Assembly (NCBI GenBank): GCA_012521335.1
Contig: JAAYMM010000038.1
Coordinates: forward strand, 4,051-68,050
Direction: 5' to 3'
DNA length: 64,000 nt
DNA from: Bacillota bacterium
Lineage (GTDB): Bacteria; Bacillota; Limnochordia; Darwinibacteriales; Darwinibacteriaceae
Each line of letters begins with the position of its first letter. Within the stretch, counting starts at the first letter, position 1. Shown here piece after piece: positions 20,177 to 29,008 of the stretch. Below the pieces are notes generated by a model. The model was not told where the DNA came from and searched no databases. It was given only the letters and a program-made list of their open reading frames with translations. The position numbers and the translations under genes were made by a program.

Positions 20177-21046
20177 GTGAGGAAGAAACATGTGCACATG
20201 TATCTCATGCTTATACCGGTGGTGATCCTTTTCACGGGGTTGGTGTTCTACCCGTTCATCGAGGGTATCCGCATTTCTTTGACCAACTGGAATGGCTACT
20301 CCAGAACTTACAGCTATGTAGGTATGACCAATTACATCAGCTTGCTCAACAGCCGGCTGTTCAAGGTGGCGCTGCGAAACACCTTCATATACGGTTTTGG
20401 CTGCACCTTTATCCAGCAGGTTGTGGGCCTGGCCTACGCTCTGTTCGTGAACTTGAGATTCCGCGGGCGAAACCTAGTCCGCCTGATCATCTATCTACCA
20501 TCCATGATCGCTGGCATTATTATGGGTTACATGATGTACGGCCTGTTCGAATACAACCGCGGCGCGCTCAACGACATTGTCAGATGGTTGGGAGGGCAGA
20601 GAGTACTCTGGCTAGAGGACGGGAACAGAGCCGTTTTCATTATCGTGCTGATCAATGCCTTTCAGTTTGTAGGCGTCTCCATGCTCATCTACCTGGCAGG
20701 TCTGCAGAACATCCCTGCTCAGATAATGGAGGCTGCCAGGCTGGATGGCTGTGGATCTTGGCAGCTCTTCGCCCATGTGGTCCTTCCCCTGCTCATACCG
20801 GCTATTACGTCCAGTACCATCATCAATCTTATCGGTGGCCTGCGCTTGTTTGACCTGATTCAAGCGCTTACCAGCGGTGGTCCGGGCATCGCCACTCACA
20901 GTATCGCCACCAGTATCAACTACCTTCACTTCTGGAGTGAAAACGCTGGAGGAGCGGCAGCTGCCGGTGTCGTACTCTTCGTGATCATCTTTATAGTCTC
21001 TGCAACGACGAACACCTTGTTCCGCAGAAAAGAGGTGGAGTTCTAG
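20177..21046 (+). CDS. carbohydrate ABC transporter permease (MalF/UgpA-like)
   Basis: 6 TM helices with the EAA loop signature; GTG 20177 with GGGGAGGTG RBS. Confidence 0.85.
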   Translation: MRKKHVHMYLMLIPVVILFTGLVFYPFIEGIRISLTNWNGYSRTYSYVGMTNYISLLNSRLFKVALRNTFIYGFGCTFIQQVVGLAYALFVNLRFRGRNLVRLIIYLPSMIAGIIMGYMMYGLFEYNRGALNDIVRWLGGQRVLWLEDGNRAVFIIVLINAFQFVGVSMLIYLAGLQNIPAQIMEAARLDGCGSWQLFAHVVLPLLIPAITSSTIINLIGGLRLFDLIQALTSGGPGIATHSIATSINYLHFWSENAGGAAAAGVVLFVIIFIVSATTNTLFRRKEVEF

Positions 21047-21859
21047 ATGCGGTGGGGCAAGAGACTCCTAGTCTTCCTGACGAGCCTGCTGATCATCGCC
21101 TTGCACATGATACCCATCTACATCACTGTAGTGGCGTCCTTCAAGGACATCCGCGATTTCAGCTCGAAGTGGGTTTTACCCCAGAAGCTGGTCTTGGACA
21201 ACTTTCGAATGGCCATTCACGATGGGGGTTTTTATACGGCGCTGGTCAACACAGGGCTCATCACTGCACTTTCCATCCTGATTGTGGTCATTGTGGGTTC
21301 CATGACCGGTTATGTTCTGGCGCGCTTGGACAACGCCGTGACGAGGGGCGTTCTGTTGGCGACTCTCGGAGTGATGATGGTGCCAAGCATAAGTCTGGTT
21401 GTGCCCTTGTACCGAACATTGCTTCTGATCAACGGCATAAACACCTACTGGGCAGTCATACTCCTGTGTGCCACTTATCAGCTACCTCTCGGGATCTTCA
21501 TCTATACTAACTTCATCCGAACCGTACCAGTCGCCCTCGATGAGGCGGCAGAGATTGATGGATGCAGCCAGTTCGGCACCTATCTGCGGGTCATCCTACC
21601 TCAACTGGGTCCGGTGACAGCGAGTGTCATGATCCTCTCTGGGGTGAAGATCTACAACGAGTATGTTTTTGCCCTGTACTTTCTGCAGTCCGCCGACAGA
21701 CGCATGATCACCACTTATGTCTCCAGCTTCTTCCATGAGGTGTCCTATATTAACCAAGCTTCTGCCGCTGCGCTGCTGGGAGCTCTGCCCATCATCGTCG
21801 TCTACTTAGTGCTGCAGAAATGGTTTATCGCTGGAGCAATGGATAGTGCGGTCAAGTAA
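21047..21859 (+). CDS. carbohydrate ABC transporter permease (MalG/UgpE-like)
   Basis: 270 aa, EAAEIDG EAA motif; start abuts upstream stop. Confidence 0.9.
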   Translation: MRWGKRLLVFLTSLLIIALHMIPIYITVVASFKDIRDFSSKWVLPQKLVLDNFRMAIHDGGFYTALVNTGLITALSILIVVIVGSMTGYVLARLDNAVTRGVLLATLGVMMVPSISLVVPLYRTLLLINGINTYWAVILLCATYQLPLGIFIYTNFIRTVPVALDEAAEIDGCSQFGTYLRVILPQLGPVTASVMILSGVKIYNEYVFALYFLQSADRRMITTYVSSFFHEVSYINQASAAALLGALPIIVVYLVLQKWFIAGAMDSAVK

Positions 21860-21958
21860 TGCTGCACCTAGTTGGACCGCTGAGCAGTACAATCTAAGCT
21901 TAGAAAGGGGCAGCGGAGGGTATGCTGAGGGCAAAAGCATACGGGAGTGTGACCTCAA

Positions 21959-23554
21959 ATGCCAACCGTTGCCCAAGCTTTGGCGGATCTACTGAGTGTG
22001 TGGGGAGTCCAGTTTGTCTTTGGTACGGCGGGCGATACGATTCTGCCTTTCTTGGCCTGCTTGGGAGAGCATCCCCTTAGGTTAGTCCAGATGAGAAACG
22101 AGGAGAGTGCGGCCTATGCCGCTTCTGCTGTTGCCAAACTCACAGGGACTGTGGGCGTGGTGGTGAGCGATGGAGGCCCTGGAACGGGGCGGTTGGTGAA
22201 CGGATTGGCCGACGCCTTGAGCGACCGGGCTTCCGTTCTGGCCATTAGCGGCCAGGTGGAGTCCATGTACCTTGGTACGGGCCACAAGCAGTACATCAAC
22301 CAGCAGCAGCTGCTGGGAGCGATAACCCTGCGCTCGGAGAACTTGGGCTGCCCCAGCAGCCTCCAGACGGTGGCTTCGGATCTCCTGCGCACAGCAGTGT
22401 CGCAGGCCGGCCCTGTGCATTTGAGCATCCCCAAGGACTTCTGGCAGCAGCAGACGCAGGAAGTGACTGCGAAACCGGAGCCCTATCTAAAGGAAACGGC
22501 TCAATCCTCTGTTGGTGTGATCGAACAGGGGGCAGAGTGGCTGAAGAACCTGCAGAAACCAATGATTCTGGCGGGCAGGGGAGCCATGCAGGCCCTGCCC
22601 GAGGTACTGGTGTTGGCCGAGAAGCTGGGCGCCGGAGTAGTCTATACTCTGCCACTGGTAGGAGCCGTGCCTGGTCATCCCCTGGTGGTGGGTGGATTGG
22701 GGCCTGGTGGATCAGAGGCAGCTACTGAGCTGCTGGGAGAGTGCGATGGCGTGGTCAAGGTGGGAGCAACATACTGGCCCACCGTCCTGACGTCCGATAA
22801 GAAGAAGGTTTTGGCTATCGATAGTCACCCGGCTAACATCAGCCGCGGCATTCCTGCCGACTTCGGTTTAGTGGGTGAGGCTCAGACGGTGCTGGCTGAA
22901 CTCGTGAGCAGGCTGGATACCTCGGCTCCACGAGAATCCTGGAGCGCCCGGGTGCAGCAGCTGGCCGCCCAGTGGCGTCAGCGTCTCCAATCGGAGTTGG
23001 AGGAGGCTCCGCTGAGCCATCCGGGCAGGGCGATCCGTGTTCTATCCGAATATGCCGATGAGGGTGCTGTGTTCTGTCTGGATGTGGGTGACCATGTACT
23101 CTGGTTCAGCCGGTTCTTCCAGGGCAAGGGGCAGCAGGTGCTGGTCTCGGGCCGCTGGAGGGGCATGGGCTTCTCGCTTGGTTCCAGCATAGCCGCGCAG
23201 TTGGTCTATCCTGAGCGTCAAGTGTTCTGCTTGGTGGGAGATGGGGGGTTCTCCATGCTCATGGGCGACTTCATATCCGCCGTAGAGCTGTAGCTGCCCA
23301 TCCTTTTTGTGCTTATGAACAATGGCGCGTACGCCATGGAAGCGAACGCGATGGCCTCCGCTCAGCTTACACCCGTTGGAGTCAGCCTGCGGGATGTGCG
23401 CTTTGATCAGATCGCCAGAGCGTGTGGCGGCGTGGGCTCGCGAGTTACTGCCGAGAACTTGCGGGCGGCTCTCGTGGAGGCAGGGCAATCCCGGCGGCCC
23501 GTGCTGCTGGATGTGCAGGTGGCTCCCACTCGCCTGCCCACGGCCACGCTCTGA
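21959..23554 (+). pseudogene. thiamine-diphosphate-dependent enzyme (acetolactate synthase/pyruvate oxidase-like) interrupted by in-frame TAG at 23291-23293
   Basis: N-terminal pyrimidine-binding domain, GDGGFSM...MNNGAYAM thiamine-diphosphate motif split as SAVEL[TAG]LPILFVLMNNG; ORFs 21959..23293 and 23309..23554 share a frame. Confidence 0.7.
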
Positions 23555-23714
23555 CCGCAGGGGACAGGTACTTGGCGGTATTTGCGAATACACTATGAGC
23601 GATCCAGGGAACCAGCAGGCAAAAGACAGGATGGTGCTGAATTACTAGGCAGCTGCTTTCTGCTGGCATTTTCCTGTTCCATCCAGCGGATGTTAGTAAG
23701 GGGGAGTGTGCGAG

Positions 23715-23876
23715 GTGCGCTCGGAGCATGATCCAAATCTCGAGCTCTATGCAGAGGTTAAGCGCAGTTTGGCGGAGCGCACCTGGCGGCACGTGCAGCA
23801 CTGCGCCGATGCCAAGACGAAAGTAGTCCAAGAGATTCTGGCCCGGGCGGGCGGGAGGGAGCGAAGTGAGGACTAG
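23715..23876 (+). CDS. possible 53-aa ORF, in frame with and ending in TAG directly before the downstream methyltransferase ATG
   Basis: GTG 23715 preceded by AAGGGGGAG RBS; charged helical-looking sequence; TAG 23874-23876 immediately followed by ATG 23877. Confidence 0.3.
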   Translation: MRSEHDPNLELYAEVKRSLAERTWRHVQHCADAKTKVVQEILARAGGRERSED

Positions 23877-24602
23877 ATGAAGTACAAGTTTGCTGTGGAC
23901 AAAGAAGACTACACAGACTTCGCCAGTGGGCGTGTGTTGTACAGCGCGCCGGGCACCACGGGGTTTCCCGTGCGCTTGACGAGCGAGATTCTTCAACGCG
24001 CCTTTGCCATCCTGGGCACCGGTGGGCACAACGGGCCCTATACCATCTACGATCCCTGCTGCGGCGGGGCATTTCTGCTCACCACTATCGGGTTCTTGTT
24101 CCCGGAGCGGATCGCGCAGCTGATCGCCACTGACTTCGACTCTAATGTACTCGAGATTGCAGTCAAGAACCTGTCCCTGCTGTCTCCAGAAGGCCTAGCT
24201 AAACGGCGGGAGGAGCTGGCAGGATTAGCAGCCGCCTATGGCAAAGACTCACACAAGGAGGCACTGGACAGCCTGGAGCGGCTGCGGAGGCGTCTGGGAG
24301 CAACGCGTATAGGGTTTCTCTGCCAGCAGCGGGATATTACCGACATCAAATCTTCCCCTGTGCAGGGTGTGGATATTATAGTGACTGATATCCCTTACGG
24401 GCAGCTGGTTAGCTGGGGAGGTTCTGGTGAAGATCCTTTGGACACTCTGTTTGTCAACTGCCGCCAGGCCCTAAGCAGTGCCGGGGTGCTGGTGATCGTG
24501 GCGGACAAACGGCCCAGGCTTCAGCATCAGGCCTTCCAGCGCAGAGAGTTCTTGAAGCTCGGCAAGCGTCAGATCGCTTTCTTCCAACCAGTCCACGGAT
24601 GA
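23877..24602 (+). CDS. compact SAM-dependent methyltransferase of the DPPY (UPF0020/N2-guanine or N6-adenine) type
   Basis: motif I YDPCCGGAFLL, motif II IATDFD, motif IV IIVTDIPYG; 241 aa, no THUMP or other accessory domain. Confidence 0.65.
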   Translation: MKYKFAVDKEDYTDFASGRVLYSAPGTTGFPVRLTSEILQRAFAILGTGGHNGPYTIYDPCCGGAFLLTTIGFLFPERIAQLIATDFDSNVLEIAVKNLSLLSPEGLAKRREELAGLAAAYGKDSHKEALDSLERLRRRLGATRIGFLCQQRDITDIKSSPVQGVDIIVTDIPYGQLVSWGGSGEDPLDTLFVNCRQALSSAGVLVIVADKRPRLQHQAFQRREFLKLGKRQIAFFQPVHG

Positions 24603-24617
24603 CAGGAGGTGGCAGGG

Positions 24618-25247
24618 ATGTACGGCATACTGAGCATCGATTTCGATTACTTCATCGCAGCTTCCTCTGCGGAGCGGGATCGGTACTTTCTGCGGGGTGG
24701 GGAAGACATCCCCAGAGATGAGCTTCGTGCCCTGTGGGCAGAGAGGTATGCCCGTTATCCGCAGATCCGGGTGATCGGAGTTGTGCCTGAGTTTGCTGCC
24801 TTCAAGAGGTATCTGGAACACCTGCCTGTAGATGCGGACCATGTGTTCCTCTCAGAAACCCATAGGGCCATCAAAGATGTGATCGACGCCCTGCCGCGCT
24901 CTTTGCCTCTGCGCATTGTGAACATCGATTTCCACCACGACTACTACCACTACTACAGTGGAGGAGACTACTGCAACTGCGGCAACTGGCTGCGCAGGGT
25001 CCTGGAAGAGCGCCCTGCGACGCAGGTGAAGTGGGTCCGGCGGGAGGATTCGCAGCTGACTACGTTGGAAGGGGACGTGCCCTTCGAACACACTACCGAT
25101 CTGGGGTCGGTGTTCCTGGAACCCTTTGACTGCGTGTTTATGTGCCGCAGTCCCGAGTGGAGTCCCCCGCATTTGAGCCGCCGCTATGAAGAGCTGGTTA
25201 GGGCTCTGTGGCGTTCGCCGTGGTCCGCTTCTCCGCTAGGAGCATAA
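24618..25247 (+). CDS. hypothetical protein with DxHHD/His-Tyr-rich motif
   Basis: 209 aa; GGAGGTG RBS; motifs ILSIDFDYF and IVNIDFHHDYYHYYSGGDYCNCGNW; no confident family assignment. Confidence 0.55.
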   Translation: MYGILSIDFDYFIAASSAERDRYFLRGGEDIPRDELRALWAERYARYPQIRVIGVVPEFAAFKRYLEHLPVDADHVFLSETHRAIKDVIDALPRSLPLRIVNIDFHHDYYHYYSGGDYCNCGNWLRRVLEERPATQVKWVRREDSQLTTLEGDVPFEHTTDLGSVFLEPFDCVFMCRSPEWSPPHLSRRYEELVRALWRSPWSASPLGA

Positions 25248-25262
25248 CCTGAGAACACAACA

Positions 25263-25292
25263 AAGCCCCAGGGCTTTTGCCCCGGGGCCTGT
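25263..25292. terminator. bidirectional GC-rich hairpin terminator between convergent genes
   Basis: GCCCCAGGGC-tttt-GCCCCGGGGC. Confidence 0.55.
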
Positions 25293-25303
25293 CCAGCAGA
25301 ACA

Positions 25304-26566
25304 CTAGAACGTGATACCGCGCAGTTTGATTGCGGCGACGATGCGTTCTAGGGCGAGCATAAAGGCGCCCATGCGCAGGGAAGTCCCATGCTTTTCGGCC
25401 ATGCTCCACACATCATGGAACGCCTTCACCATGATGTTCTCTAGTTTCCGGTTGATCTCTTCCTCTTCCCACTTGACGGACTGCAGGTTTTGCAGCCATT
25501 CGAAATAGGAGACGACCACTCCTCCGGCATTGGCCAGGATATCAGGCACAATGGTGACGCCTTTTTTCTGGAGGATCTCATCGGCCGCGGTCGTTGTGGG
25601 TCCGTTGGCAGCCTCCACGATCACCCGAGCCCCGATACTGGAGGCGTTCTTCTCGTGGATAGCGTTCTCCAGGGCGGCGGGAACGAGGATGTCCACCTTG
25701 AGCTGCAGCAGCTCTTCATTGGAGATCCTCACTAGACCTGGAGCATCATAGTCCTTAAGCAGCCTGCCCCGCTCCGCCCGGAGGAAGCGTACAACATCTT
25801 CAATGTCCAGCCCGTTCTCGTTGTAAATCGCGCCGGAAACATCGCTGATGGCGATGATCCTGCAGCCTTCCCTGTGCAGCAGGAGTGCGGTGGTTCCACC
25901 CACGTTTCCAGCACCCTGCACGGCAACTGTGGCATCCTTAAGGTCCAGGCCAACTTTTTTGGCGATCTCCCTGGTGGCAATCAGGACACCGCGGCCCGTA
26001 GCTTCTCTACGCCCTAAAGAGCCTCCCAGAGCGATTGGTTTGCCAGTGACCACACTCAGGGTCAGCTGTCCGTTGACCATGCTGTAGGTGTCCATGAACC
26101 AGGCCATGACCTCTTCATTGGTGTTCACATCTGGCGCCGGGATGTCGATGTGCGGCCCCACCATGGGGAAGAGCAGGGTCGTGTATTTTCTGGTGAGCCT
26201 CTCCAGTTCGCCCTTGGACAGTTTCGTGGCATCTACCGTAATGCCGCCCTTACCGCCGCCGTAGGGGATGTCCACCACAGCGCACTTGAAGGTCATGGCT
26301 GCAGCGAGTGCCTTAACTTCATCCATGTCCACGTTTTGGTGATAGCGGATGCCCCCTTTGTAGGGCCCTCGGACGCCGGAGTGCTGCACTCTGTAGCCCT
26401 CGAACACTTTGATGGAGCCATCGTCCATCCTCACGGGCACAGATACCTTCAGTTCCCGTTCAGGGTACTTGAGCTGGGTGTAGTCGCGCTCTTCCAGCCC
26501 CAGCAGCTGGGCTGCCTTGTCCACAATGTGCATGATCTCCTCGTGTGGATTGTAGCTGTTGCTCAT
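25304..26566 (-). CDS. gdhA: NAD(P)-dependent glutamate dehydrogenase
   Basis: 420 aa; Glu/Leu/Phe/Val dehydrogenase signature (GGGKGG, catalytic Lys region), Rossmann GAGNVG. Confidence 0.95.
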   Translation of the reverse strand: MSNSYNPHEEIMHIVDKAAQLLGLEERDYTQLKYPERELKVSVPVRMDDGSIKVFEGYRVQHSGVRGPYKGGIRYHQNVDMDEVKALAAAMTFKCAVVDIPYGGGKGGITVDATKLSKGELERLTRKYTTLLFPMVGPHIDIPAPDVNTNEEVMAWFMDTYSMVNGQLTLSVVTGKPIALGGSLGRREATGRGVLIATREIAKKVGLDLKDATVAVQGAGNVGGTTALLLHREGCRIIAISDVSGAIYNENGLDIEDVVRFLRAERGRLLKDYDAPGLVRISNEELLQLKVDILVPAALENAIHEKNASSIGARVIVEAANGPTTTAADEILQKKGVTIVPDILANAGGVVVSYFEWLQNLQSVKWEEEEINRKLENIMVKAFHDVWSMAEKHGTSLRMGAFMLALERIVAAIKLRGITF

Positions 26567-26662
26567 GGTCGATCAGTCCTCTCCTTCAAAAATACGAGCG
26601 GCGCACCGCGCTTGTGAATTTATTTACATTACCTATGCGCCACTCTAACCTTTTTATTAATT

Positions 26663-26691
26663 ATTTTACAAGTTAACTGTTCTATTGTCAA
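26663..26691 (-). promoter_or_regulatory. sigma-A type promoter for gdh (minus strand)
   Basis: minus-strand TTGACA, 17-nt spacer, TAAAAT. Confidence 0.5.
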
Positions 26692-26770
26692 CTCCTGATC
26701 TGGCCCTCCCAGGGTTGGTGGACCGGTGGAGGAACAGTGCACGGAAGACCGTGTAGAAAGGAAAGGTGCA

Positions 26771-28195
26771 ATGAGACAGGTCTTGTCGCTGTTGTACATC
26801 GCTTACCTTCTGTTCGTCATCTTTATGATTTTTTTCAGTCGCAAAAAGCCTACCCAGCGCTTCAGCTGGATTCTGGTGCTCATCTTCCTTCCGGTAGTGG
26901 GCTTGGTTGTGTACAGCATCATGGGCAGTGAAGTGTACTGGGATTATAAACGCCGGAAGATCCGTCAGCGCCACAAGGCCGTCTTTTTGGAGCTCGATGC
27001 CATCATCCGCAAGTGGCATAACCGTTCTGGCGCCGAACTGTCACCTACCCAGCAGTTCCACTACAAATGGTGCGGCAGCATTCTTACTGACGACAACTCT
27101 GTGGAGGTGTTCACCAACGGAAAGCCCAAGTTTGAGCGTTTGTTTGCCGATCTGCGCCAGGCCCGGGATCATATCCATGTCCAGTATTTCACCATCCACA
27201 ACGATTCCGTAGGCCAGGAGCTGATCAGCATTCTCAAGGAGAAGGCGCAGCAGGGGGTAGAGGTGAAGCTGCTCTATGACAGCTTTGGCTGCTGGTTTAC
27301 CTTTGTACGGCCCCTGTTCAGGGAATTACGTCAAGCCGGAGGGAGGATCCAGGGCATCCGGCCCTGGGCCAGGGCGTTGAACTACCGCAACCACCGCAAG
27401 CTGGTGATCATCGACGGGTGTGTTGGCTATCTGGGAGGCATGAACGTGGGCGAACACTATGCCGAGGGTGTGCGCGGCATGGAATGGCGTGACACCCACG
27501 TGCGCCTCACGGGTGGGGTGGTGAGGGATCTGCAGCAAATTTTCATCTCCGACTGGGTGGCCTCAGAGCGTAAAGGGCGCCTGGGCTTCCGGAACCGGCT
27601 GCAGCACTATTTCCCCGCTGCGCAGGCGGACGGACATCTCCCAGCGCAGATCATTGCCAGCGGGTTGTACAACAAGTACATCGGCCAGGATGTAATTAAC
27701 TTGAGCTACTTTAACCTGATCAACGGTGCGCAGCGGCGGCTGTGGATCCAGACCCCCTATTTTGCCCCTTCGGAGCCCGTGCTGCAGAGCTTGAAGACCC
27801 TGGCCTTACGGGGGGTGGATGTGCGCATCATGACCTCTTCATATTACACCTTCGGCGGGCTGTTCCACCACAACATCAAGAATTATTTCTTCCGCCAGCT
27901 GATCGACTCAGGCGTGCGGGTGTTCAAATACAAGGGGATTATGCATGCTAAGGTCATGCTCATTGACGATGACCGCCTCTGCATCGGCACTGTGAACCTG
28001 AATGTGCGCAGCCTGGAGAGGGACGATGAGCTGTTCATCTACTTCGAGTCCGGGGAGCAGAATGCGCTGTACAGCACCATTTTCCAGGCCGACCTGGCGA
28101 ACAGCATCGAACTGGACTATGCCCGGTTTAGGAAAGAAACTCTGCTTTCTCGGGCGTTGGAGTCGGTGGTCAGTCTGTTTTCACCCCTTTCCTGA
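26771..28195 (+). CDS. cls: cardiolipin synthase (PLD superfamily)
   Basis: N-terminal TM helices, two HKD motifs (NHRKLVIIDG, MHAKVMLIDD). Confidence 0.9.
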   Translation: MRQVLSLLYIAYLLFVIFMIFFSRKKPTQRFSWILVLIFLPVVGLVVYSIMGSEVYWDYKRRKIRQRHKAVFLELDAIIRKWHNRSGAELSPTQQFHYKWCGSILTDDNSVEVFTNGKPKFERLFADLRQARDHIHVQYFTIHNDSVGQELISILKEKAQQGVEVKLLYDSFGCWFTFVRPLFRELRQAGGRIQGIRPWARALNYRNHRKLVIIDGCVGYLGGMNVGEHYAEGVRGMEWRDTHVRLTGGVVRDLQQIFISDWVASERKGRLGFRNRLQHYFPAAQADGHLPAQIIASGLYNKYIGQDVINLSYFNLINGAQRRLWIQTPYFAPSEPVLQSLKTLALRGVDVRIMTSSYYTFGGLFHHNIKNYFFRQLIDSGVRVFKYKGIMHAKVMLIDDDRLCIGTVNLNVRSLERDDELFIYFESGEQNALYSTIFQADLANSIELDYARFRKETLLSRALESVVSLFSPLS

Positions 28196-28265
28196 ATTCT
28201 TTCCTTTCCTTCCTGGGCAGATACGGATATGATGGGAAGAGACTAGTTCTGAGGAGAGAAAGACC

Positions 28266-28862
28266 GTGGAAAAGGCTTATCTCTACATTGTCCTGACCCG
28301 AACCAACAGCATCGTCTCCCACCTAATTCACCTGGTGACGCATGATCAGTATACCCATGCCGCCCTGGCTTTAGATAGAGATCTGCAGGAGATGTACAGC
28401 TTCGGCCGCAAGTACACTTACTATCCCTTTATCGGACGCTTCAAGCATGAGCGGCTGGAAGAGGGGCTGTACAGGCGATCCAAGAAGCTTCCCGGGATTG
28501 TTCTGGAACTGGAGGTAACTGAGGACCAGTACCGCCAGGCCCGCTCCCTGATCCAGCAGTTCATCGCCAACAGGGGACGCTACAAGTACAACTGCCGCGG
28601 CTTGGTTTATGGGCTCCTTAACAAGCCCACCAAGCGCGATGACCGCTTTCTCTGTTCTCAGTTTGTCTACCACGTGCTGCATGACAGCGGCATTGTGGAC
28701 TTTGGGGTTCCCGCTAACTTGGTGAAACCTGTGGATTTCCTGAAGCTGCCCGTGCGCGTTGTGTATCAAGGCGATCTCAAACAGCTGGTCGCTTCTCCCG
28801 CCTGTGCCGAAGGGGACCGAGGCTTGTGGCAGCGCCTGTTTTCCAGACGCAAGGCTTGCTAA
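28266..28862 (+). CDS. YiiX/YebB-like permuted papain-fold (NlpC/P60-related) hydrolase
   Basis: His-before-Cys order (QYTHAA ... FLCSQFVYHVL) typical of permuted papain-fold family. Confidence 0.5.
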   Translation: MEKAYLYIVLTRTNSIVSHLIHLVTHDQYTHAALALDRDLQEMYSFGRKYTYYPFIGRFKHERLEEGLYRRSKKLPGIVLELEVTEDQYRQARSLIQQFIANRGRYKYNCRGLVYGLLNKPTKRDDRFLCSQFVYHVLHDSGIVDFGVPANLVKPVDFLKLPVRVVYQGDLKQLVASPACAEGDRGLWQRLFSRRKAC

Positions 28863-29008
28863 CCCCTAGAGGAGAGGCTGTGCGAATTGCGCAAGGGTTT
28901 GGTAATGTTTCCTGATAATATGGAATTCGCTCCCGTTTAAACAAGGGATTACCGGTCATATGTCGAATTAATAATTCCAACACGACTAGGTTGGGGGTAG
29001 CGGGTTGA

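Noticed and set aside
26580-26725. AT-rich gdh/cls divergent spacer examined for riboswitch or sRNA structure
   Set aside because: Only promoter-like hexamers were found (minus-strand TTGACA-17-TAAAAT for gdh). There are no conserved riboswitch motifs or stable extended structures.
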